Positions 13,846 through 26,845 are shown, numbered from the whole stretch's first letter. The stretch is 62,933 nt of DNA, filler included, from Calcarisporiella thermophila CBS 279.70 (GCF_041956535.1; 5 parts of 5 records of this genome joined end to end with filler, not necessarily neighbours in it); one strand, 5' to 3'. Notes: generated from the sequence alone by a model not told the origin. Numbers and translations: made by a program.

Positions 13846-14496
13846 ATGGTCATTCATTGCACTAATATTAAACATCAGCTGATCCAAAATTTCGATCGCC
13901 CTTTGAAGGCGCGGTCCCCCACCTTCTGGCCCATTCCTGACGCAAATGCTGACAATTTTAATGAAAATTCGAAAAATGAAAGGCTCGAGGTATCTGAAAT
14001 ATTTCACGGAGAGCTGACTACACTAGCAAATTGGATGTTAGCACTGAAGCCTGGCCCATGTACGACGGGAGGTTGGCGTGCAAGTGCTACAGCGCCTCAG
14101 TGGTTGATGGACCGATTGAATCGATATTCAGATAAGAGACAAAATTATGTGCACGCTTGTTGGGAAGGATCGGATGCTGCAGAAATGCGATGTCGTTATG
14201 GGGCTTTAGTCTATGAAGATGGAAACGCTGAGGTGATATGCTCACATCCGGGTCACCATACGATCATCGATGAAACTTGGAGAATAGCGCATAGTGGTGA
14301 GCGTCAGCCAACTTGGGTAATAACGGGTCCTGCCGTCGCCGGATGCTGTACATGGGCCGGGGCAAAGGACGGAAAATTTGTACGTCATATCGCTGAGGAG
14401 GATATCGGACACTATGTGGAGGGGTTGAAGTGTGATACCACAAAAATAGCCTGGTTTGGGTTAATACAAGGATCCAAAACAGGCGACTTGAATTAG
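13846..14496 (+). CDS. Intronless orphan protein (216 aa) with a possible CNF1/BLF1-like Cys-His motif
   Basis: Long ORF in an AT-rich region with TATAAATA near 13761; motif VITGPAVAGCCTWAGAKDGKFVRH. Confidence 0.6.
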   Translation: MVIHCTNIKHQLIQNFDRPLKARSPTFWPIPDANADNFNENSKNERLEVSEIFHGELTTLANWMLALKPGPCTTGGWRASATAPQWLMDRLNRYSDKRQNYVHACWEGSDAAEMRCRYGALVYEDGNAEVICSHPGHHTIIDETWRIAHSGERQPTWVITGPAVAGCCTWAGAKDGKFVRHIAEEDIGHYVEGLKCDTTKIAWFGLIQGSKTGDLN

Positions 14497-14909
14497 ATTT
14501 AAAGGATGGCCTAGATAATTGATTGTTTATAGGTTTGCCAATAATTTAAATTACTTTTCATTTCTAAATATACAACACCGTTTTAAACTGTTCTAGGTCC
14601 ACTGGTTATTATTGACTATATCAATCTAGTTTCGAAACTCCGGCTTTCTTTCCTAAGTATGTCTTGTCCTATTTAAGATGAAGAAATAAAGCATACAAGC
14701 AAAGGAATTCCATATTGATTAGCTAGAGTGTGATTACAATGGACCCAGTGGTCTTAGAATTGGATTCAAATCTATATTTAAAATAGAGAAATAAATTTGA
14801 CATGAGAATAATGGCGAAAAAAAAAAAGAAAGACAATAAAGAAAAATTAAAAGAAACAGCTCTCCAGATCACAACATGGAACGACCCCCCTTATGTCTGG
14901 ATTATGCAG

Positions 14910-15484
14910 TTAAATATTCTTCTTTCTCCAGCTCCTCTGTGAATGTGTCTAATACGTGCCCACATAGATCCATTAGGTCGCGGAGTCCTTGCTCTAGTGC
15001 CTCTAATGCAGGATGAGGTTCTAGAAGTGGGTGAGTAAAGAGAGGTGACAAAAGAAAAACGATATTATACGCATACCTTTTGTTTGAATGCGAATGTGTA
15101 TCTTATTACTTGAGGGATGAGGAACTGAATAACCACAATAGCTCACATTCGGGCTGAATAAAAATTTGAAAAACGCATTAGCACGCTGGCTTCAATAGAA
15201 TTCTGAAATCATCATACTTTTTCATTATCATATAGCGCAGGGAATTTCCAAGAGTGTGATCCTCATCATTTAAAGCAACTGTGATGTTGTGTTCATCCTC
15301 GCTTGATATCTATTCCAATGCAAAGAAGAAAAGCAAAATTAACTACAGAGGGAGAGTAGACAAACAATTCTAGTTGATATATAAAATTTACCACGGTAAC
15401 CTTTGGGATATCCTCCACATCGACCGTTTGCACAGTCTCTTCAGTAGCCTCCTCTTCCATAGCTTGCGCGGGTTTCTCGGTCAT
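14910..15484 (-). CDS. RPC19: RNA polymerase I/III subunit AC19 (RPC19/POLR1D), multi-exon
   Basis: Spliced translation gives [43 protein letters not shown] and ALEALEQGLRDLMDLC. Confidence 0.92.
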
Positions 15485-15653
15485 TTTCCAAGATCGATTC
15501 TTAATTTTTATTATCAATATTCAATATTGCCTCGGTAGCCAAAGTCATCTATTCTGACCGTGACTTTTATTTTTTTTTGTAAAAAGGCGCAGCAAGAGAC
15601 TGCTTTACCTTGACCAATTTTTGCAATGGATTTTAATATTGCGAGGTGAAGAA

Positions 15654-16637
15654 ATGGATCCTCAAAGAGAAGATGAATATGACTCCGAAGAAGATGAAGA
15701 TTACGTGCCCGAAAGTATGTAATTATGTACACTTCATCCGTTAGCAAATGCATTTCTCAATTCCGATTTTATAGATGAGAGTGAATCAGAGAATGAACCA
15801 ACTGGCCATTCCGACCATGATCAGCCTGAGGTCCCTGAGGAAAGCGAAGCAGGGGTGAAGCGGACGAGATCGAAAGGATTGGTACAGGAAGAAACGGAAG
15901 AAATCTCCATAAAAAAGCAAAAGTATTTATTAGATAATGCTATTCGTTGAGCCAGGCTTCTTTCACCTAATTCGTTTCATTCTTGAAGGCCAAGTGACGA
16001 GAATGAAGAGGAGAGAAAAAAGCGACTTGACGCGCTATGGAACGAAATGAAAACAACCCCTACCGTATCTTCTTCGCCTTCGACCAATTCCGTGGCTTCT
16101 CAGTCGCCTAATGTAAACACAGTAGTTGAAGAATATGAATTTGCAGGGGAAAAGTTCAAGTAAGTCATCTCGCGGCGTGCCAAATTCTCGCGTCGCCTAA
16201 TGCTGAAACCCATTTCTAATAGAGTAACGAAAGAATTGCCCAAAGACTCGAAGGAGGCCCCCTCTAGCTCTGCCCAAGACAAAGCTTCCAGCAAGCCATC
16301 GTCGAAGCCTAGAGGTGGCAGACCAGCGCGTGCTCCCTCAAAGCTGGCTGCTCTTTCTGCAAAATATGCAAACAAGCCCAAGAAATTGAACACGCTTGAA
16401 AAGAGTAAATTGGACTGGAAGAATTTCGTAGACTCAGAAGGGATCGAGCATGAACTAAAACAACATAATAAGGACGGGTAAGCCATGTGCTTATATGAAT
16501 TTGTCTTGATTAAGATTCTAATTTTGCACTTCCCCCATTTCTCCTTCAGATATCTGGAAAAGGTGGACTTTTTGAATCGTACTGATCAGCGACTCGAGGA
16601 GGAGTTACGGTCGCTTCGGCAAAAGTCAAAGAAATGA
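15654..16637 (+). CDS. SWC5: SWR1 complex subunit Swc5 / CFDP1 (BCNT-C domain), multi-exon
   Basis: Acidic N-terminus DEYDSEEDEDYVP; EEYEFAGEK; KLNTLEKSKLDW...HNKDGYLEKVDFLNR. Confidence 0.9.
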
Positions 16638-17141
16638 ATAAAAAGAAATTGTATTATAGTCCCATTAAGCAGTGTCGGTTAAAACTTCCCTTTCATAGAT
16701 CCACTCTTCCTGCACGCTAATATAGTTTTTCCCTGCCACACGCTACCCACTCAAGCTATCACTATTCAAAGTCCCAGGCCTTCCCGAGATAAAGGCGCAT
16801 TTCATTCCATAATTTTATCCCGACTAGCTTGATCAGAGATCCTATCTTGTATTGCGGTGTATGAGAGATAGCCCTAAAGGTTATGGTGTGAAATCGGGGT
16901 TTTTTCACGAGCGAGAATTCAGAAATACAAGGAAGGAGATGGAAATTAGAAGAGTGGTGATTGGCCTCAGACAGAATGCCAAAATTGAACGATTTTTTGC
17001 CGCCATCTGAGGTGACCGTCATCCCATCACAAGATCGGTAAGATTTTGGGGCAGAGAATATTAGCCAAGAGAAAATTATTAGATATCTCGTCTTCGCTGA
17101 AAAACTGACATCAGTGGGCCATTGATCTTGGATCGTTTATC

Positions 17142-19798
17142 ATGCGATTATATCGCCTACGCCCTTTCAACCTCTTTATTCTTCTTCTATTTCCTTTTCT
17201 TGCTCAGTGCCGGACGCTTCTCGTTGATCTACTCTCCACCGATCCCCGATTTGGGGCCTTTTTAAGTGCCCTACAGCGAACACGCCTCATCCCTACCCTC
17301 AACTCCATTCCGATCTGCACGCTCCTGGCTCCGACCAATGCGGCCTTTATGAATCGCTCCTCTCCCACACGGGAGGAACTTCTTTACCATCTTTTGAAGG
17401 TTGATTGGCGGGAGGATGAACTGAAGGATGGGATGATAGTTGAGACCCTTCTGGTGAGAGAAGGGTATTTGCCCAACGGGGAAGGCCAGCGAGCGAGGGT
17501 CACAAGGGGAGAAAAGCTGGAAATAGGAGGCGTAGAATTGGTAGGGGGGAACTGGAACGCAGATAATGGGATTATTCACATTGTAGATCGTTTATTATCA
17601 CCGCCGGTTGACGCAGGTACTCTATGATACCGTGTTAGAGCATGTGTCTATGCATGGGCATGTGCATCTGAGTGCGAGGAACGGTGACTGATCTTTTTCT
17701 TGTTCTGCCTTTCCTTTTAAAGTCAAAACAATAGAAGCGATACCCGAACTATCTCACTTTATCGATTTCTTGAGCAATTCTGGGCTGGTTCAACGGCTGA
17801 CAGCGGCGCACCCTTTTACCATATTTGCACCGGTCAATCAGGGCTTCGGGCAGTTTGACGACATCCAGCTCAACTACCTGAAGAGTGAGTATGGAAAGGA
17901 GGATACGCAGCAGATTGTCGGCCATCATGTCCATGACGGAGTGCTGTATACGGCCGATATTGCCAATGGCGAAAGTCAACGTATGAGGATTCTATTCTGC
18001 ATATCCTGTGTAATGCGGGCTAACGCAACCCTCCCCCTTCCCCCCTTTGTGTATTAGTCTCCACGCTTCAGGGGGGTTCCCTTTCGGTCCACCGAGAGGG
18101 GGACCTCATCTCCGTTGGAAACGGCCAGGTGCAAACCCGTGATGTCCTCATCTCGAATGGCGTCATCCACGTGGTTTCGCAAGCTGCACCGCCGGAGCTC
18201 CAGTGGACGCCGCGCAAGTATCTCTTGGGCCTAAAAGCGGCGAAGTTCGTCAGCTATCTGGATCAGGCTGGCCTTGGTGCCTACATGGATAACAAGAGTG
18301 CCTATTATACCTTCCTTGCACCGCCGGACACTTTCCTCGGGGTCACGGACCCATTCCTGAGGGTCAATGACACGAAAGAGTTCGAGCAGATGCTGAGATA
18401 TCACATCCTCGAGGGGAGGGTGGAGCTGGAGCAGCTGCCCGAGGGCAAACTCGTAGAGACCCAGCTGGAGAGTGGGATGCTGCTGGGGGAGAGGCAGCGC
18501 GCGCGCATAAGCACCCTAGGCGGAACGCTCCGCGTGAACAATGTGGATGTGTTGAGTGCTCCAGGTATTTTCGGCGCTTGTCTACTAGCGCTGGCGATTT
18601 TTTTTGGTTTTTTCGTCAGCTAGGCTTTCACCCCGTTGCTAAACGCATCCTGTTCTTCCCTTGTCTAGTCCGAGTGGGAAATTGCTTGATATACACCGTG
18701 TCGCGCGCCCTCCGCCCTCCGCAAGACGCGGTGATCACCGCGCAGAACGACTATCGCCTTTCGACCTTTATGTCGCTAGTGAATACCTCTCAGCTCGAGG
18801 ACACCCTGCGATCCACCCCGGGGGTGACCCTGTTTTTGCCGGTAAACGAGGCGTTCTCACGGCTCGGCCTGGTCGGGGACTATCTCGAGATGCCCTCTGC
18901 TCGGAACGAGCTGCATTCGGTTTTGGAGTTCCACGCGGCCAAACAGGTCATGTACTACAACCGGATTCCCGAGGGCAACATACTGCTTCGCACGCTTGCC
19001 GGCCACAAGTTGAGGATAGAGCGGGGCGCGGACGGGACGATCGACGTCAGTGGGGGCGCCAAGCCCGCGGAGGGGCAGCCGGGGCAACACGGCAAGGCCA
19101 GTGGCCGCGTGATTGAGCAGGACGTGTTGCTCTCGAGCGGGGTGATGCACGTGATTGACGAGGTGGTGCTCCCGCCGTCTCTGGAGCTCACGCCCCGTGC
19201 GCTGCTGACCGCGGCCGGAACCACCCGGTTCGTGAAGCTGCTGGAGGACGCGAATTTGACGGCGGTGTTGGACGACACCTCGCCCGACCAGCAGCAGTAC
19301 ACGCTGCTTGTGCCTACGGACGATGCCTTCCGGCGCGCCAATATCACGGTGGGGTCGGTGATTGGCGGGGAGCAGGCGGAAAAGGTGCTGAGGTTACACT
19401 TGGTGCCTAGGGCACTGGATGACGTGCTGGTGGACCGGACGCACGTGCCGACGCTGCTCTCGGAGAGTGCACGGCTGGAGGTGCGGGAGGTCGCGAGGGA
19501 CCAGTTTGAGGTTCGCGTGTCCAAGCCGCAGCTGGCCGCGGCCGACGCCGCACAACGCGGGCAGGATGCGGAGGGCGTGGCCCGAGTGGTGAAGGCCGGG
19601 AGGACAAGGCAAGGCGGGGGGGTGTTGGTGTTGGACAGCGTGCTCTTCCCTGACGTACCCTATCAGCCCGGCGTCATTCCCCCGTGGGCGATTGGGCTTG
19701 TGGGAGGTCTGACGGGACTTGGTGCAGTGGGTGGCGCGGGATACTGGGGCTGGCAGTGGTGGAGACGGAGCCGGCTTGGGTATGAAACACTGGCCTAG
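17142..19798 (+). CDS. Multi-FAS1 (fasciclin) type I membrane protein, 4 exons
   Basis: Signal peptide; repeated H1 motifs (TLLAPTNAAF, TIFAPVNQGF, TFLAPPD, TLFLPVNEAF, TLLVPTDDAF) and H2 motifs (NGIIHIVD, NGVIHVV, GVMHVIDEV); C-terminal TM. Confidence 0.92.
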
Positions 19799-21255
19799 CG
19801 TATGGATTCCGTTGGGGATGCTCGCTGTTCTGTTTGTACTTGTTTGTCTTTTGCACGCACCCTTGTAGACTATGGAGCCGCGCCCGCGCTCGCAGGTGCG
19901 CGTGCGCTGGCGCGGGATCCGGCTGCGGAGGCGCCAACCCGCCTCTCAATATATAAACCTATTTAAGCTGCCGCATTGCAAAGTGACAGAAGTTTAAATT
20001 TAGCTTTGGGTCTGCACTCGCAATTAAGGTTAAGGATCCTGTGAGACGGGCGGCGTGGTTTCATTTGGCCGCCGGCTCACCAATCTCCGGCCGCGGTTGC
20101 GCAAGGATGGAGGACGAGGCCGGGGGATAAGCAGGGGATCGCAGGTGGGAGGCCCGGCGAGCGCGCACCAGCCAACTCGCCACCACACCATAGACGCCGG
20201 CCCGTTTTCAGGTGAAAATCTCCGGCTTGTCCCCTCAAGGCCGCTTCAGACCGTCTGAAGGCCGTGAGATAGGCGCGGATCTTGCGCCGGATTGGCCCTG
20301 TCAGGTGCTAATTGATACGGTCTCAGATTAACGTTAAGACATTTTTCTTAAAAAATGTTAGCACCGAGGTTTCATCCGTATANNNNNNNNNNNNNNNNNN
20401 NNNNNNNNNNNNNNNNNNNNNNNNNNNNNNNNNNNNNNNNNNNNNNNNNNNNNNNNNNNNNNNNNNNNNNNNNNNNNNNNNNNNNNNNNNNNNNNNNNNN
20501 NNNNNNNNNNNNNNNNNNNNNNNNNNNNNNNNNNNNNNNNNNNNNNNNNNNNNNNNNNNNNNNNNNNNNNNNNNNNNNNNNNNNNNNNNNNNNNNNNNNN
20601 NNNNNNNNNNNNNNNNNNNNNNNNNNNNNNNNNNNNNNNNNNNNNNNNNNNNNNNNNNNNNNNNNNNNNNNNNNNNNNNNNNNNNNNNNNNNNNNNNNNN
20701 NNNNNNNNNNNNNNNNNNNNNNNNNNNNNNNNNNNNNNNNNNNNNNNNNNNNNNNNNNNNNNNNNNNNNNNNNNNNNNNNNNNNNNNNNNNNNNNNNNNN
20801 NNNNNNNNNNNNNNNNNNNNNNNNNNNNNNNNNNNNNNNNNNNNNNNNNNNNNNNNNNNNNNNNNNNNNNNNNNNNNNNNNNNNNNNNNNNNNNNNNNNN
20901 NNNNNNNNNNNNNNNNNNNNNNNNNNNNNNNNNNNNNNNNNNNNNNNNNNNNNNNNNNNNNNNNNNNNNNNNNNNNNNNNNNNNNNNNNNNNNNNNNNNN
21001 NNNNNNNNNNNNNNNNNNNNNNNNNNNNNNNNNNNNNNNNNNNNNNNNNNNNNNNACAAAGCAAGCAACCCTGTCGCACAGCAACCATTTCCCACTTTAA
21101 TTTTTTCCAATTTTTTATTTCTGAAAATTTTCCCTCTTAGCCTTCTAGCCCTGCTGCTCTCCCTCTGATTTTGCATCTCCCGCCATTTTCCCTAGCTTGC
21201 GCCCCCCCATCTTCGCCTGCTCGCCAGCCTCCCCCCCTCAATCCTCGCCATCACG

Positions 21256-22519
21256 ATGCTAGAGACATACTTCGGCCACATCAAGACCACTCAGGATGCC
21301 CTGCTGATCTTCGAAGCATGCCGCATGGGCATGCTGCCGCGCGCCCAGAAGAGACTTTCGGAGAAGGAGCGGGGCGCCGTGCGCTCCGGAGCGGTGTTCG
21401 TGTGGGATGAAAAAGAAGCATCCATGCGTCGCTGGACGGATGTAAGTGATGAATCATGGAGCGATGTGCTGCGGCTCCTCTCCTTCCCCCCCCCCCCACC
21501 CTTTCTGAGGCATGATCATGGATTTTCTCTCCCTTCCCCCACGGCCCCCTGGACTCCCCCTCTCAATGGACTCGCTCCTCTAACGCACTTGTTACCTGCT
21601 GTAGGGAAGGCACTGGTCGCCCAGCCGGGTCAGCGGAAACTTCCTTTCGTACCGCGAGCTGGAGGCCAAGCGACGAGACACTGAGGACAACAGCATCTGC
21701 CCCGCACGCCCCACCTTTGCCTTCAAGGCCGACGGCCTTATCAAGCAGTCTTACAGCGTTAACACCGTGGACAACCGCCGCCTCCACCTGATATGCTACT
21801 ACTCTCGCAAAGATGTTCTGAACCATCGCCTACCGGTCCCAACAAAGGACGAGAGACTGAGCAGCATCACCGTGCCGGTGGGATACTATCTGGATTCCAC
21901 GGGGGCGGCCCCGTCCGATCAACCCGCCGCGCAGCAACCGGATCTTCCGCCGCAGCAGTCGCCGCCCCACAGGAGATCCTCGATGCCCTACCCCTCGCAA
22001 GCTTTCGCACCCCCCAACGAACCCCAGCCACATCCGCCGCTGCTTCACCACCATCCGCATCCGCATCCGCATCCGCATCCACTCCACCAGCCACCGCAAC
22101 CATTTCAGCATCCACCCCAGCATTTGCATCCTCAAGGAAGACCTCTGGTAGTGTCTCAATCCGCGCCAGCTCACGCAAACCCCCATTCCTATCACCCTAC
22201 CCCCGCCACTCCTCCCCAAATGACCCTGAGCCCCTCCTCTAGCTCAGAGGACGACGAGCGGAACGGAGGCCTGTACGCCCTGAGCGCCGCGTCCGAGATG
22301 CTGTCCCACGCAAGCGTCCCGCCGCTAAGCAACACCAACGGCAACCTCGGCCTTCCCACGAACACCAACGTCTCTGGCGCCATCCCTCTGCCGAGTGACC
22401 CAGTGGGATATGGGCATCCCAGAATACTCCCTCCCCCCCAGGATATCCCCTGGAGCAAGGCCAAAAACTCGGAGGATGCGCGACAACTCAACTTGATTTA
22501 TTCGGAACTAAGGCTATGA
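21256..22519 (+). CDS. Gti1/Pac2 (WOPR) family transcription regulator, 2 exons
   Basis: ETYFGHIKTTQDALLIFEAC, VFVWDEKEASMRRWTD|GRHWSPSR, GLIKQSYS, HLICYYSR; intron about 21442-21605; His-Pro low-complexity tail. Confidence 0.93.
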
Positions 22520-24723
22520 TCGTGTATTTCTTGTTCGAGTTGCCTCGTCTTTTTCTTCTTCTTCTTCTTCTTGAATGTAATATTTGCTCTTCTGTTTCTC
22601 TATCTGCTTCTTTAAAAGTATGTAATTAATGATGGTAAATTCTTCATCTTTTTATATTTTTACAATTCCTCCAGCTTGGCTGGTTTTTTTTATTCTACGC
22701 AATTTTCTCTTGTGTTTACCTGTCTGTTAAGTAGTAATGATATATTTCTAAAAGTACTCGAATAAACAATTCTCTGTGAAAACCATGCCAAATACTTGGG
22801 CATATCAATTTCTAGTCTTATTTTTATCTTTCTTTCTGTGGATCGGCCCAATCCTTGAGCCAGGTGATGTCAGTGGCCTTTAAGAGATGCGTACTGATTT
22901 CTATCCTCCGATTGCATTTCGCTTTTAGCCCACCGCCACTCAACCGGTTATGGAGCAATCCGAGGAAAACGAGAGCAGGATCGGTAAGAGAAAAATGCCC
23001 AAGTAGGTAGCTCTATTTTTTGCTCATGCAACTCAAATACTAATCGGATGAATCGCCTGCATGGGCCGTGAGAATTGGAATGAAAATTACTAAATATAAC
23101 CACATTCTCTTGCGCATATTGCCCGATCAACTGGATGCTTGCGCATCGCGTGCTGAGACCGGCCTATTTTCCTCCTCGATGCTTATTTGGAAAGCCAGCT
23201 TGAAATTTAAGGCTGCTCTGGAATAAGCGTCGGGCCGAGTTAGCCTCCAAGCTATTTTGGAGTCAATTGAAAGGATTGAAAGGATTTGGTTTGGTGTATC
23301 AACCGCGAAAAAAAAAACAGGGCGATGGGACCATATCAATCACCAAGGGGCTGACTCGATAGCATGGAATGTTTGGAAGATAGGCAAGGAGATTTACAGG
23401 TGTTCTTCACCTGTGACCCTGCGTTGTTTGCGCTTTGCCTTGACTAACACCCAGACAAGACTGTAAAATTTTATTGCATCTCACTTTTTTTTTCTATTTT
23501 ACTTTACTCTTAGTTGCCACCCCGATCTCTACAATCGAGTCGATGCAAATGGACTGCTTAATCTCAAATGCACCATACTATTCGAGGAAAAAATGGTGAG
23601 CAGGCCTTATGAATAGGTAGATATCGAGCGATACCTTAAAACAAAGCCGTACTAACCTCTCTACCTCGTGGGAATCTAGTGAAATGCTGGTGGTGGTTTA
23701 ATGATAACAAGATATGGGCTTTGTTTTTGAAAGGAAATTCAATAATGAAAGTGAAAGGAAGAGCCTATCTCAGCAATGAGATAATAACAGCACTATTCTT
23801 GGCTATCTAGCACAACTAAATGACTGCTTGAGAGGTGCGGGGAGAGTGGGGAAAAACAAATATATCGAATATCTGGAAGTTAACTTGGATCTTCTATCTA
23901 CGGCCCTAGTTCAATGCGGCACATTCGAGATTAAAAAGTGAATCTTAGGTCTAGAGCGCCCAGAACTTAGGGTAGGTAACTTGAGTCAATCTAAATTATC
24001 TTATCAAGGGCTTTTGGTAGAGTAAATCATATGAAGTGTCACTGATTATATACTCGATAATTCAAGCAATGATTACTTTAAGTAAAACTTTACAAAACGA
24101 GAATAATTGGGCGATCAAATCAATGAGCATGCCCATTTCCATACGGTATACTTTGCCAACCCCTTTATCCCTCCTCCATTCGTAAAACCAAGCAAGTTTC
24201 CTCGTCTCCACCTGAACTGACCTTTCTATCTATTTAACCTTATAACCTACTTTCTAGTGAGGGATGCCATAGCTCTCTACTGAAAAAAGACTGGCTATAT
24301 TATGCAGGGTACCCTTTTACACCAGAATCACTTAGGTTCCGCCCAAAACCTACCGAAAATGATTTATCCCGTTTCTATCTTGTAAAACGGTCGATACCGT
24401 ATCCTGTGCTATTGCCACTCTAGGTCGCGCTACGAGGTAGATTTTAAGTCTCAGAGTACCTTGTAAAAACGTTGTTCCATTTTACCATTTACAGATGACG
24501 CCAATTGATTTTGGAACCACCTAAAGGCGCTATTTCAGAAAATAACCATAATAGTCATTCTATTTGGGTACGTGTTCAAGAAAATGACCCATTACACGAA
24601 AATAGCCAAGAAAAGCTGCATAGTGTGAAATAGCATTGAGTCCAGTTGTGTATGTACATGAAATAATAAAGAGGAGAAAAAAGGAAAGGAAGGATAAAGG
24701 AAATAGAGTAAACAAGTGAGATA

Positions 24724-25172
24724 TTTTTTTTTTTGTTTAGGAAGATCTTTATTAAAAACTATCCTTTTTAGTTCTTAATAAAGGACATTGATAGACATCA
24801 GAAAACAAGAAATACATGGGGGATGTATAGAGAGTGTGCACATCTTTCCTATTTTTCAAGAAAAGTGGTATACGAAAGAGGGAAGGAGAAAAAAAAAATT
24901 AGAATATGGGTGGCAGGGTATTCAACATAGTCGTATCGGAGTTAAGTATTTTGGTTGAAGAATATTTCGTCTTCTTGGACTTGTATCCAACTTCCCTTAC
25001 ACCAAAGCTCTTGGAAAACTTCTTTTTTATCCTTTATGGACGCTGACCACCATTTGGACCTCACGATTTTTTGTATCTCGTGTCCTAGTTGATCAGCGAG
25101 CGCTATTTCGCTTGGTTGGGCGTTGCCCATTATCATCGATAATCTGGATCGATAGATGATCTATATCGCTGC
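24724..25172 (-). mobile_element. 5'-truncated non-LTR retrotransposon, family A (ORF2 C-terminus, 3' UTR, polyA)
   Basis: PolyT 24724-24734; ORF end IVRSKWWSASIKDKKEVFQELWCKGSW is near-identical to 25930-26120. Confidence 0.85.
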
Positions 25173-25204
25173 AGATTAGATTCTCCTGAGTAAAAATGAG
25201 GTGA

Positions 25205-25400
25205 TTTTTTTCCTCTAAGGGCACGAAAATTTGCATCCTGTGGTTTATTTAATATATATGACAAATGTGAGACATGCTTCCGAACAAGATTATTAAGTAC
25301 TAGAAAACACGGGATATAATTTAAAGAGTTCCGTGCTTGGAAAAGTCGGATTAGGTGTTCTTTGCTTCCTCGAAATTGAAGGCTACCTCCTAGTTGTCAT
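25205..25400 (-). mobile_element. Short degenerate 3' fragment of non-LTR family D
   Basis: GGTGTTCTTTGCTTCCTCGAAATTGAAGGCTACC (about 25354) matches about 26924; T7 run at 25205 and AATAAA on the minus strand at about 25244. Confidence 0.55.
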
Positions 25401-25416
25401 CCACTGAGTAAAAGTG

Positions 25417-25468
25417 TTTTTTTTTTTTTGATCAATTAATGGAAACTTTTATTTAATTTCCATATAGT
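25417..25468 (-). mobile_element. 3' tail matching the SINE at 57208-57549 (remainder in gap)
   Basis: Reverse complement TATATGGAAATTAAATAAAAGTTTCCATTAATTGATC(A)n versus TATATGGAAATTAAATAAAAGTTTCCATTGATTGATC(A)n at 57504-57549. Confidence 0.8.
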
Positions 25469-25929
25469 NNNNNNNNNNNNNNNNNNNNNNNNNNNNNNNN
25501 NNNNNNNNNNNNNNNNNNNNNNNNNNNNNNNNNNNNNNNNNNNNNNNNNNNNNNNNNNNNNNNNNNNNNNNNNNNNNNNNNNNNNNNNNNNNNNNNNNNN
25601 NNNNNNNNNNNNNNNNNNNNNNNNNNNNNNNNNNNNNNNNNNNNNNNNNNNNNNNNNNNNNNNNNNNNNNNNNNNNNNNNNNNNNNNNNNNNNNNNNNNN
25701 NNNNNNNNNNNNNNNNNNNNNNNNNNNNNNNNNNNNNNNNNNNNNNNNNNNNNNNNNNNNNNNNNNNNNNNNNNNNNNNNNNNNNNNNNNNNNNNNNNNN
25801 NNNNNNNNNNNNNNNNNNNNNNNNNNNNNNNNNNNNNNNNNNNNNNNNNNNNNNNNNNNNNNNNNNNNNNNNNNNNNNNNNNNNNNNNNNNNNNNNNNNN
25901 NNNNNNNNNNNNNNNNNNNNNNNNNNNNN

Positions 25930-26640
25930 GTATCCAACTTCCTTTACACCAAAGCTCTTGGAAATCTTCTTTCTTATCCTTTATGGACGCTGACCACCAT
26001 TTGGATCTCACGATTTTTTGCATTTCGTGTCCTAGTCGTTCAGCGAGCGTTATTTCGCTTGGTTGGGCGTTATCCATTATTATCGATAATCTTGATCGAT
26101 AGATGATCCAGATTGCTACATCATGGACCGTTGATACTACTTCCCGTTGGTAGCCCATGGTTTTGTAGTCTGTTCCAAATAGTCTGTCTTCCTTGGTTGA
26201 TTCGTGGGCTCTCACTCCAAGAATGCGGCAGACGTAACCGTCTACCGTTTGCCATAACTGACTTATGGCCGGGCATTCCAGGTAGGCATGGCTAATGGTT
26301 TCCATTGCGTTGGTTGTGCATCGCTTGCAAATATTAGGTTCTCCTGTCCACTTACTAGTGATGATGTTTGTCACCAATCTGTGTTTCATGAGTCTCCATC
26401 TTAGTGTCATATGCTTGGGTTCGCTCGGCCGCTTTTTCCAGTACATCCAAAGTTACCTCTCAACTGATGGAATCACTTGAGGTCTCTTTCCATTTCGGAG
26501 TGATATTCTCTCCTTTGCTTGTCTTGTAGAGCCTCCCGATTTTTGTACGGAAGTTTTTGATCTTTGTGCCAGCTAGAACACATTTACCCAGCGGGAACGT
26601 GCATGGTCCTTCAATCTGTGGTTTACCCTGTAGCAGGGTC
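25930..26640 (-). mobile_element. 5'-truncated L1/Tx1-like non-LTR retrotransposon, family A (zf-RVT region), degenerate
   Basis: LRWRLMKHRLVTN...CKRC...ETISHAYLECP...LW is the CCHC zf-RVT domain; stop/frameshift near 26455; ends about 82 bp upstream of tRNA-Arg. Confidence 0.9.
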
Positions 26641-26722
26641 TAATAAAAAAAAACACGCCCAAAAATTTCAAAAAAAATTAAACATAAGTAGGTTAGACTT
26701 ACGAACATCACGTGAGCAAATT

Positions 26723-26795
26723 GGGTGTATGGCCAAATGGATAAGGCGCCTGACTACGAATCAGGAGATTCCAGGTTCGACCCCTGGTACGCTCG
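26723..26795 (+). tRNA. tRNA-Arg(ACG)
   Basis: GGGTGTATGGCCAAATGGATAAGGCGCCTGACTACGAATCAGGAGATTCCAGGTTCGACCCCTGGTACGCTCG; T6 terminator. Confidence 0.96.
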
Positions 26796-26845
26796 AAGTC
26801 TTTTTTGTCAATTATGACCCTATTTAGTCTGTAGCTAATGGCACT

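Noticed and set aside
20312-21176. Long X-filled ORFs (also at 25436-26446 and 50290-51308)
   Set aside because: Artefacts of translating through N-gaps.
18661-22491. Many overlapping alternative ORFs
   Set aside because: Expected from stop-codon scarcity in the GC-rich fasciclin and Pac2 region.
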